NCBI GenBank assembly: GCA_050996405.1
Contig: JBPCRW010000096.1
Coordinates: forward strand, 1-21,698
Origin: Pyrinomonadaceae bacterium
GTDB lineage: Bacteria; Acidobacteriota; Blastocatellia; Pyrinomonadales; Pyrinomonadaceae
DNA length: 21,698 nt
Direction: 5' to 3'
Shown here: in pieces, positions 1-7,211 of the stretch
How positions within the stretch are numbered: position 1 is the first letter of the stretch
Layout of the letters: the number at the start of each line of letters is the position of its first letter
Translations under genes and position numbers: made by a program
The notes under the pieces: model-generated
Told to the model about the DNA's origin: nothing
Database searches by the model: none
The model's input: the letters and a program-made list of their open reading frames with translations, nothing else

Positions 1-46
1 TAAATTCAAGGCGAGGGATAAGCGGGGAAGAAATTTTACCGTCAAG

Positions 47-412
47 TTAAAGAACGAATTCTTTTTCCAAAAGAAGTTCTGACCGCCGGAGTTCGTAGCG
101 ACCGCGTCCGAAATTACCTTCGGGCGATAAAATCATTGCGATAAAATAATCTTCGCCGATAAAGCGCAAGATAAAAATACCGCTTTCGCCTGATAGCGTG
201 ACTTCGTGAAGTTTGCCGAGTCCCATTTCGCGGTTGGCGCGTCTCGTGTTTCTGATTAGCGAAATATATTCCGCGACCGCCACGTCGAGATTGGCTTCCT
301 TCATCTCCGGCTGCCAGACGCTTTCGACAACGATTCCGTCCGTTCCCATTATCAGCACGCCGAAGCAGCCTTCGACGTGATTTAATGCTGTTTGCAGAAC
401 TTCTTTAAACAT
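47..412 (-). CDS. Roadblock/LC7 (MglB-like) domain protein
   Basis: 121-aa ORF whose ATG lies 15 nt after the pilQ stop, with GGAG about 10 nt upstream. The sequence pattern (GCFGVLIMGTDGIVVES ... HEVTLSGESGIFILRFIGEDYFIAMIL) is typical of the Roadblock/LC7 fold. Recognised by eye, not by search. Confidence 0.75.
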   Translation of the reverse strand: MFKEVLQTALNHVEGCFGVLIMGTDGIVVESVWQPEMKEANLDVAVAEYISLIRNTRRANREMGLGKLHEVTLSGESGIFILRFIGEDYFIAMILSPEGNFGRGRYELRRSELLLEKEFVL

Positions 413-427
413 TGGTGCTTTACTCCG

Positions 428-2152
428 TTACGGTTTAACCGGAATTGCCGGTGTCGTCGTAGTCGTTGTGACCTGCTGCTGCGGCTGTCCGTTCGGCACA
501 AGCGACGTTGCCGGAGATTGCGGAACAACTTCCGGTGTCGGCGCGGAATTCGACGACGGATTTCCCATCGGAACGGGCTGAAGTATCGTCGTCGTGCGCG
601 TTCCCGTGCTGACGGTCGAACTGGTCGGGTTGCCCTGATAATCGGGGCGGTAAATGCGCGGCGTGATGAAAAACAGAATTTCATTCGATGTGCGCGAAAC
701 CGCTTTGCGTCTGAACAAGTTCTTTAAAACCGGAATTTTAGAGAGTCCCGGCGTGCTGAACTGGTCGTCGCCTTCGACATCCAGCAAAGCTCCGCCGACA
801 ACCGTCGTTCCGCCGTCGGGAACCATTACTTCGGTCTGCATTCTCTGCGAGTTGATAGCAGGCGTTCCGCCTGCCGCCACCGTTGAACTGACCGAGTTAT
901 TTTCCGTCACGACGTTTAAAACGACCGTGTTGGCATCGGTAATCTGCGGTGTGACGGCGAGCCGCAACGGAACTGAAACATACTGCGTCGTAAAGACTAC
1001 GCCGCCGCCGTTAGTTCCCGTCTGCGTCGTCACAATCGGAATTTGCTGACCGCTTTCAATCGTCGCCGAGCGATTATTCAAAGTCGTGATGCGCGGCGTG
1101 GCAATCGTTTTCGCCTGTCCTTTCTGTTCGCCCGCCGTAATCAGCGCGCTGATTTGCGCTGTTCCGAAAATGCCGGTCGTCAAACCGATAACCGTATTCG
1201 GAATTTGCGAAGCCAGCGTGTTAATCGGATTTACTCCGACTCCGGTTGGAATTCCGCCCGGATTTAGATTTGCGCTGCCATTTGTGCCGGGCGCGCCGCC
1301 GGGAAGATTGCCAGCCGAATAAGCCTGACCATTTCTGCCGAGCGCGACGGCGGCAAGCTGCACGCCGATGTCGCGGCTGAAATTTCGTGAAGCGATAACG
1401 ATGCGGGCTTCGATTTCAACCTGCGGTTCGGGCTGGTCGAGAAGTCCGACGAGTTGGCGCACGGCATCTATATTTTCCCGCACGTCGGTAACAATCAAAG
1501 TGTTGCTGCGCCCGTCAACTTCGACCGAGCCGCGCCGCGAAAGTCGTTTGGAGATAATTCCCAAAATTCCCTTGTCGCCGCCAGCGGAAGTTGTGCCGCC
1601 GCCCGCGCTTTCGCCGGAAGGCGCGCCGCCTTGAAACTGACCGGCGTTGCCGCCTGCCGCGCTTGTCAGACTGCCCGAAGCGCGGGCGTAATTCAAGCGG
1701 ATAAATTCCGTGTAGAGCGGCGATGTGTCAAGCTGGTTATCGCGGATTTGTCTGGCGACTGTCGCTTCGTTGGCAAGCACCGTGCGCTGGGCGATTCGCA
1801 AAATCGAGCCGTTTGTTTGAACGCCTAAATCCTGCGATTGCAGAATCGAATCGAGCGCGACATTCCACGGCACGTCCGAGACGTTGACCGTAATCGGAAC
1901 GTTGCTGACCGATTTATCAATCACGAAATTTACGCCGTATTGCTCGGTAATATAATTGAGAATGTCGCGGATGTCCGTATTGACGACATTCAAATTTATC
2001 GGCTCGCCGCGAAATCCCGGGTCGCCGTAATGTTTGCCTTCTTGCTGCGGCGCGACTTTCTGCGCGAAAGCAGTCAAAGCGAGACAACTGATGATTGCTA
2101 AAGCGAATAGAGCTTTTTTGCCGAACCCGCTTAAACATTGAAGAAAAGTCAT
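428..2152 (-). CDS. pilQ: Type IV pilus secretin PilQ
   Basis: The ORF is open to 2173, but I prefer the ATG at 2152. It has GGGAGG 5 nt upstream and gives the signal peptide MTFLQCLSGFGKKALFALAIISCLALTAFAQ. The N-terminus has secretin-N/STN-like modules. The C-terminal secretin core shows ATPRITTLNNRSATIESGQQIPIV, GLSKIPVLKNLFRRK and ILFFITPRI. It ends in a P/T/S/Q-rich tail. Confidence 0.9.
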   Translation of the reverse strand: MTFLQCLSGFGKKALFALAIISCLALTAFAQKVAPQQEGKHYGDPGFRGEPINLNVVNTDIRDILNYITEQYGVNFVIDKSVSNVPITVNVSDVPWNVALDSILQSQDLGVQTNGSILRIAQRTVLANEATVARQIRDNQLDTSPLYTEFIRLNYARASGSLTSAAGGNAGQFQGGAPSGESAGGGTTSAGGDKGILGIISKRLSRRGSVEVDGRSNTLIVTDVRENIDAVRQLVGLLDQPEPQVEIEARIVIASRNFSRDIGVQLAAVALGRNGQAYSAGNLPGGAPGTNGSANLNPGGIPTGVGVNPINTLASQIPNTVIGLTTGIFGTAQISALITAGEQKGQAKTIATPRITTLNNRSATIESGQQIPIVTTQTGTNGGGVVFTTQYVSVPLRLAVTPQITDANTVVLNVVTENNSVSSTVAAGGTPAINSQRMQTEVMVPDGGTTVVGGALLDVEGDDQFSTPGLSKIPVLKNLFRRKAVSRTSNEILFFITPRIYRPDYQGNPTSSTVSTGTRTTTILQPVPMGNPSSNSAPTPEVVPQSPATSLVPNGQPQQQVTTTTTTPAIPVKP

Positions 2153-2226
2153 AATTTCCTCCCTGGAAACCATCTCCGCCGATTTTTGGGGCGAAAGATT
2201 ACAAAGTAAATTTTAGTTGGAATGAC

Positions 2227-2251
2227 GGCGCGAGTTTTTAAAGTTCGCGCC
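2227..2251 (-). promoter_or_regulatory. Intercistronic stem-loop between pilP and pilQ
   Basis: Perfect 7-bp GC-rich stem, ggcgcga (2227-2233) with tcgcgcc (2245-2251), and an 11-nt loop, inside the 111-nt pilP-pilQ gap. No T-run follows it on the minus strand, so it is not a classic terminator. Function unknown. Confidence 0.3.
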
Positions 2252-2263
2252 TCGAAAATTGGA

Positions 2264-3106
2264 TTACTGGTCGGTGTTAGTGGCGACTTTAACCGATTTT
2301 TTCTCGGTTTTTCGCGCGGAAGAAGATGCTTTGGCAGTAGATTTTTTAACGCTGCTTGCCCGAACTTTTTTGTCGGATTTGGCGGAATCTTTCGGTTCAG
2401 CCGCCTGCTTGTTCATTTCTTCGAGCGGCGAAGAAATTATGGCGGAATTCGCGGGCTTGGTTTTATCATCCGACGGATTCGCGGGCGCGGCGTTGGCGGC
2501 ACTTTCCGTTTTGCCCGAAGGTTCAACCGGCGCGGTTCCCTGAACTTCCTGGTCAACCGTATATTCGCGCAAAGTTTTATTTTCTTCGGCGGCGATAAAT
2601 TTTCCGTTGGTCATTTTCGTCACTTTACGAAAAACGAGTTTGTTTTCCTCAATCGCCACAAGCTGCCCGTCAAAAAATTTCTCGCCCGGATAAATCGTAT
2701 AGGAAAGTTTAATCGGCTTGGCTTCGACCATTGCGGCGTAACCGCGCGGCGTGTGAAAAATTCCCGTGACGCTCATTTCGTCGAGCGTCAGAACGCTGGT
2801 CACTTTCGGAAGCGGCTGATTGTTCAACGCCGCCGCTTCACGCAAGCGTTTGTAATACGCGATGCGGTCCTGAATCGGCGGAGCGGTGACGACACTCGGT
2901 CCGGCGGGTTTCGGTTTCGCGGCGGGCGACGACGCGGATGCCGGAGCGGAAGTTCGCGGCGCGGAAGTTCGCGGCGCGGCGGCGGCGGGCTTGGAAAACG
3001 GGTCGCGCTGGGCGAAAACTCGCGCCGATTCTCCGCTCGCCAGCAGCAATCCGATAACGGCAAGCGGCAAACTCAAAAATTTTAATTTTCTCGACTTGTT
3101 TATCAT
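2264..3106 (-). CDS. pilP: PilP-like pilus assembly protein with long low-complexity N- and C-terminal extensions
   Basis: It sits between pilO and pilQ in the same orientation. The ATG at 3106 gives the signal peptide MINKSRKLKFLSLPLAVIGLLLASGESARVFAQ (the ORF is also open to a TTG at 3121). The central beta-rich block LTLDEMSVTGIFHTPRGYAAMVEAKPIKLSYTIYPGEKFFDGQLVAIEENKLVFRKV matches the PilP pattern. Flanking regions are A/P/S- and K/S/A-rich. Confidence 0.6.
   Translation of the reverse strand: MINKSRKLKFLSLPLAVIGLLLASGESARVFAQRDPFSKPAAAAPRTSAPRTSAPASASSPAAKPKPAGPSVVTAPPIQDRIAYYKRLREAAALNNQPLPKVTSVLTLDEMSVTGIFHTPRGYAAMVEAKPIKLSYTIYPGEKFFDGQLVAIEENKLVFRKVTKMTNGKFIAAEENKTLREYTVDQEVQGTAPVEPSGKTESAANAAPANPSDDKTKPANSAIISSPLEEMNKQAAEPKDSAKSDKKVRASSVKKSTAKASSSARKTEKKSVKVATNTDQ
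2946..2975. repeat. Perfect in-frame 15-nt tandem duplication inside pilP
   Basis: The unit gcggaagttcgcggc occurs at 2946-2960 and again at 2961-2975. On the coding strand it encodes PRTSA-PRTSA in the low-complexity N-terminal region. Confidence 0.85.
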
Positions 3107-3153
3107 ATCTTTCTCTCTCAAATAAAATCTTTATCTCAACTTGTCGCGCCGGA

Positions 3154-3804
3154 TTATTTCGCTGCTGCCGGAGCGGTCGCCGGTTGGTTCGGCGCGGGTT
3201 GCGTTCCGGTCGGCGCGGGCGCGCCCGGAGTTGTCGGCGGCGCGAGATTTTCCGGCGAAGCGTAATAAGCCGTCAGCGTAAATGTCGAATGCAGCGTCCG
3301 GTCAGCCGTCTGTTTGTCCAGTTGTTTTAAAGTGAAATCCTTAATCGAAACGATTCTGGGCAGTTTCGCCATCCGGTCGAAAAAGTCGCGCAGGTTATTG
3401 AAATTGCTGTCAACTTCAATCTCGACGGGCTTTTCCATAATCGAATTTTGCTGTGTATCTTCTTTCGGGAAAAAGCGGCTGATAATCAAGCGGCTGTCTC
3501 GCGCCGTGTCCTGCAAACCCTGCAAAACATTGGTGATTTCGCGCTGTTCCGGCAGCAAAACTTTCAATTCGTCGTATTCCTGCTGTTTGGCGGCATACAG
3601 GGCGCGTGTTTCGCTAAGGCGTTCAGTCTTGCGTTTAGCATCGTCATTTTTAGTTCGCAGTTGAGCCGTCTGGTCGTTCAATATTTCGGTCTCGGCGCGA
3701 ACGTCATTGGTGACAAAATACCGAACGCCATAAACCAACACGGCGGCGATACCGGCTAAAATGGCAAGCTGCCAATACCAATCTAATGATTTTATCTTTT
3801 CCAT
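3154..3804 (-). CDS. pilO: Type IV pilus biogenesis protein PilO
   Basis: 216 aa with one N-terminal TM helix (WYWQLAILAGIAAVLVYGV), a coiled-coil segment and then a PilO-type C-terminal domain. AAGGA lies upstream of the ATG. Its position between pilN and pilP supports the call. Confidence 0.8.
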   Translation of the reverse strand: MEKIKSLDWYWQLAILAGIAAVLVYGVRYFVTNDVRAETEILNDQTAQLRTKNDDAKRKTERLSETRALYAAKQQEYDELKVLLPEQREITNVLQGLQDTARDSRLIISRFFPKEDTQQNSIMEKPVEIEVDSNFNNLRDFFDRMAKLPRIVSIKDFTLKQLDKQTADRTLHSTFTLTAYYASPENLAPPTTPGAPAPTGTQPAPNQPATAPAAAK

Positions 3805-3884
3805 CGTTTTAGTTTCCTTTTCAGGTTGACCGTAAAAAATTTTCTGAAGGTGATTTTCTAAAATCCATTTTCGCTTATTTCGAG

Positions 3885-4652
3885 TTATTCTTTTCTCGCA
3901 ACCTGCGGCGGATTCGCGTTGCCGGAATTTGGCGCGGCGGGCTGCACGCTACTTGCCGTCGGCGCGTTTGAAACCGGCGGCGCGCCCGCCGGAGCGTTTG
4001 CCGGAGTCGCGCCGTTCATATTGTTTGCGCCGCTTGCTTTGGAAGGCGTGTAGGCGCAGTGGATTGTAAAATTAACGATTTCCGGTCGCGGCGCGTTCGG
4101 GTCGGACGAAGCCTGCACATACGGATTATCTTTGCGCTGCGTTTCGATATTCAAATTTGAAAACAGCCCGTCGGAAAATTCTAAATCGCGCCCGAATTTG
4201 GTGACGACCGATTCGTCCGGCGAATTTCCGTTAATGGTTAGCTGCTCGCCTTTTTGCTCGACGCTGTCGAGATAAAGTCCCGGATTCGCCAGAATTCTTT
4301 CTTTTAACGCTTCGAGAACCGCGCTCGGACCGGCTTGCGTCGAACGAAGCTGTTTAATGGCGGTAACGCGAGTATCGATATTTTTGATTTTTGCGTCGAG
4401 GTCGTTCAATTCTTTCAGCATCGCGTCATATTGAACCGCAATTTGTTTTTGTTCTTCGAGAGCTTTGGTCGCTTCGTCTTTCTGCATCGAGGTGTTGATA
4501 ATGTCAAAAGCAATAACCGCTATTGCCAATGCCAAAACCGCCAGCGACATCAGCAGCAGCCGCGTCATCGGACTCGCGGCGCGTCTTTCGACCGCGACGA
4601 CCGCGCCGCCCTGTCTATCCGTAACCGATTCTAAAAGGTTTATTTTAATCAT
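3885..4652 (-). CDS. pilN: Type IV pilus assembly protein PilN
   Basis: Starts with the canonical MIKINLL motif, followed by a TM helix (LLLMSLAVLALAIAVIAF) and a coiled coil. The start overlaps the pilM stop by 4 nt (ATGA). The C-terminus is an A/P/N-rich tail. Confidence 0.85.
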   Translation of the reverse strand: MIKINLLESVTDRQGGAVVAVERRAASPMTRLLLMSLAVLALAIAVIAFDIINTSMQKDEATKALEEQKQIAVQYDAMLKELNDLDAKIKNIDTRVTAIKQLRSTQAGPSAVLEALKERILANPGLYLDSVEQKGEQLTINGNSPDESVVTKFGRDLEFSDGLFSNLNIETQRKDNPYVQASSDPNAPRPEIVNFTIHCAYTPSKASGANNMNGATPANAPAGAPPVSNAPTASSVQPAAPNSGNANPPQVARKE

Positions 4653-5710
4653 CTTAATTCCACTCCCCTCAATGCCAGTCCGACGGCAACCGCCATCTCC
4701 GGCATAATTTCACTCAAATAATCGGGGTCAAATTTTCGCGCGTCAACTTTGATTTGGCGAAACGGGTCTAAAGTTTCGACCGGCAGTTCGAGACGCTTTG
4801 CCAAGCCTTCGCGCAAGCCTTCGAGTTTTGAGCCGCCGCCTGACACCAAAATTTTCTGCGCCGCCACGCCGCCGTCTTCGGCTGTCGCGCGGTAAAAGTC
4901 GAATGTTTTTTGAATTTCCAGCGCGACCATATCCATCACGTTATCCATCAAAGGCTCAATCGCTTTTTCTTCGACCGTTTCCGAATCGCTCGCCACGCCG
5001 CGCTTGACGGCTTCCGCCTGCTGAAAACTGATTCCCAAATTTCTTTGCAGAATATCCGTGAATTGACTGCCGCCGACGGTGATGTCGCGCGTAAAAAGTG
5101 AACGAGTTCCCTGCACGATATTGATATTCATTGTTGACGCGCCAATGTTGAGCAAGGTGACGACCTGCGATTCATCCGGCTGGTAATTGACTTCGTAGCA
5201 GTTTTGCAAAGCGAAAGTGTCAACGTCTATCACGATCGGCTGTTTGCCCGAAAGCTGAATCGCCTGTTTTAAGTTATCAATCCGCTCGCGCTTGCAGGCG
5301 GCGATTAAAACGTGCGTCGCCTGCGCGTTTTCGCCCGTTACCTGATAATCGAGCGTCACGTCCGACAAATCGTATGGAATATGTTCTTCGGCGTGCCAGT
5401 CGATTGATTCTTCGAGTTCGTCGCGGCTCATCGGCGGCAGCACGATATTTTTGATAATTACCGAATGACCGCTCACGCCTGTCACGACCTGTCCGGCTTT
5501 TATCTGGTGGTCTTTGCAAATGTTGTTAATCGCTTCGCTGACGGCGTTCAATTCCATAATCTGCCCGTCAACAACCGTGTCGCCCGGCAGATTTTCAAAT
5601 CCTAAACCCGCTAGATTCAGGCTGTTCATTTTGCCGTCAAGCTCAACGACTTTTATCGAACTCGAACCGATGTCCAAACCGGCAACGCTTTTCTTTTTAC
5701 CGAACTTCAT
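4649..5710 (-). CDS. pilM: Type IV pilus assembly protein PilM (actin-like ATPase fold)
   Basis: 353 aa with the GLDIGSSSIKVVEL phosphate-1 motif, LLNIGASTMNINIV and ILVSGGGSKLEGL, all typical of the PilM/FtsA-like fold. AAGGAG lies 12 nt upstream of the ATG. It is the first gene of the pil operon. Confidence 0.93.
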   Translation of the reverse strand: MKFGKKKSVAGLDIGSSSIKVVELDGKMNSLNLAGLGFENLPGDTVVDGQIMELNAVSEAINNICKDHQIKAGQVVTGVSGHSVIIKNIVLPPMSRDELEESIDWHAEEHIPYDLSDVTLDYQVTGENAQATHVLIAACKRERIDNLKQAIQLSGKQPIVIDVDTFALQNCYEVNYQPDESQVVTLLNIGASTMNINIVQGTRSLFTRDITVGGSQFTDILQRNLGISFQQAEAVKRGVASDSETVEEKAIEPLMDNVMDMVALEIQKTFDFYRATAEDGGVAAQKILVSGGGSKLEGLREGLAKRLELPVETLDPFRQIKVDARKFDPDYLSEIMPEMAVAVGLALRGVELR

Positions 5711-6148
5711 TATTTTTTTAGCTCCTTGCGGCTTTCTTAATCTGTCTCTATTACTTGCTGTCTTACCAAACGAGAAGATTTTTTCGACTTTTTAAGATAC
5801 GTTTATCACCCTTTTGATTTGTCTTTAAACACAAGACTTTTGGAGTGGCTTACGCCGACTGACGAAAATCCGATTGTTTCTATTTTTTAGTCTTTATGGA
5901 GTGCGACATTAACAATGTTTTTAATTTCGGCTGCGCTTTCGGAAAATCTTTTCGTGCTTTAAGGTGACGAATGTTGACGACTTTTGCGGTCATCGACAGA
6001 ATTTAAGTTACAACACTTATCAATCTGTGTCAACAGTTATTTACATTGTTTAACATCAAATTGAAAAAAACTTTCCAAATCGCTCAAAAAGCGGTCAAAA
6101 TGCGTGAATTATTTTTAGAATTTACTTTGAAATTTCAGCTTTAAAGAA

Positions 6149-6649
6149 CTATTTCTCGGAAAATTTATTCAGCATCTCCCAGAAACCGACATCAATCCAT
6201 CTGCCGAGTTTGTAGCCGACTTCTCTAAAATGCGCGACTTTTTCAAAGCCGATTTTTTCGTGAAAACGGACGCTGGCATCGTTCGGCAATGAAATTCCCG
6301 CCATTATCGCGTGAGTATCGGTTTCGGCAAGTTCGGCGAGAAATTTTTCGTAGAGTTTTGAACCAACTCCTTTTTGTTTTGCCTGATGTCTGACGTAAAT
6401 CGAAGCCTCGACCGAATGCTCATACGCCTGCCGCATTTTAAACTGCGCGGCATAGACGTAGCCCTGAATCTCGCCGTCTTCTTCCGCCACCAGATACGGA
6501 AAATTCGCGCTGAATTCATTGATGCGCTCCCGCATTTCTTCCGCGCTCAACGCTTCGGTTTCAAAAGTATGATGCGTGTTCAAAATATAATAATTATAGA
6601 TGTCGGCAATCTGCGCGGCATCCGCTAATTCAACTTGTCGAATGTTCAT
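6149..6649 (-). CDS. GNAT family N-acetyltransferase (phosphinothricin/methionine-sulfoximine acetyltransferase-like)
   Basis: 166 aa. The N-terminus IRQVELADAAQIADIYNYYILNTHHTFETEALSAEEM and the acetyl-CoA loop RHQAKQKGVGSKLYEKFL are typical of the PAT-type GNAT subfamily. Confidence 0.85.
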   Translation of the reverse strand: MNIRQVELADAAQIADIYNYYILNTHHTFETEALSAEEMRERINEFSANFPYLVAEEDGEIQGYVYAAQFKMRQAYEHSVEASIYVRHQAKQKGVGSKLYEKFLAELAETDTHAIMAGISLPNDASVRFHEKIGFEKVAHFREVGYKLGRWIDVGFWEMLNKFSEK

Positions 6650-6702
6650 TTTCCCTACTTTAACTCTATTTTCACAATTGTTTCAACATAAATAGGACTT
6701 TC

Positions 6703-6785
6703 TCATTTTTGCAGAAGTCCGCACGGAGTAAGGGCGCAATAGCAAATAAAAACACACTCGACTATTGTGCGTGTTTCCGCATTTT
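6703..6785. repeat. Copy A of a dispersed ~85-nt intergenic repeat (see 20755-20875)
   Basis: tcatttttgcagaagtccgcacggagtaagggcg ... ctcgactattgtgcgtgtttccgcatttt aligns with 20755-20839. The two conserved flanks each carry a few mismatches and surround a non-conserved ~20-nt centre. It lies about 55 nt upstream of the minus-strand GNAT start. Confidence 0.75.
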
Positions 6786-7211
6786 GAGAAACTTCCGTCC
6801 GACTGCGCCCGTGAACCGCAAGATTCGCGCAAAAAACGCCGTCTATCGGGTAAAAAGTGCCGTCGTCTGTGTTTTTTACTCCAACGGTCTGGTTAAAAAC
6901 TTCATCATTCGAGATTTAAGCGCGGCGCGTCGGATGCGGAACGTCGTCGCTCAAATTCGGAACTCGGTAGCAGTTCAAAACTGGAGACGAGACAGAGACC
7001 TGACCGTGAGGGAGGGTGGAAGTTTCTCCGCCCTTGCCCAACGCATCTTCTGCCTCTCCCGCCATTGACACGCTACCCTATTTCTAAAGAAATAATCCTG
7101 CCCTTCTACAAAAACAAATTTACAAGTCCGATTTCTGAAATCGTTTGTTTGACAGCGCGATTCAAATTATCACAAGATTGCTAGATAGATTAGGTGCGGA
7201 GAACACTAAAG

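Noticed and set aside
1-46. A possible start of a downstream minus-strand gene (for example an MglA-like GTPase) after the LC7 gene.
   Set aside because: Only 46 nt are visible and no frame resembles a GTPase N-terminus. It cannot be called from this window.
382-3085. Arg-rich ORFs in alternative or antisense frames of pilQ and pilP (for example 382..684, 392..727, 2222..3085, 2824..3063).
   Set aside because: They are fully nested in genes with strong family signatures. Their extreme R/F/G low-complexity composition is typical of off-frame translation of GC-rich coding DNA, and they have no SD or domain pattern.
6709-7068. ORFs 6709..7068 and 20761..20991 share an MQK-x-x-RSKG N-terminus, which could suggest a small paralogous protein.
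   Set aside because: The similarity is confined to the dispersed nucleotide repeat. The differences fall on first codon positions, the rest is R-rich nonsense, and there is no SD. I treat these as non-coding repeats.
6950-7070. The GC-rich structured stretch as RNase P RNA, SRP RNA, tmRNA, 6S RNA or a tRNA.
   Set aside because: None of the conserved signatures I know is present, such as GGAAAGUCCGG, GGAAGCAGCC or the T-loop GGTTCGAATCC. It remains an unassigned structured region.
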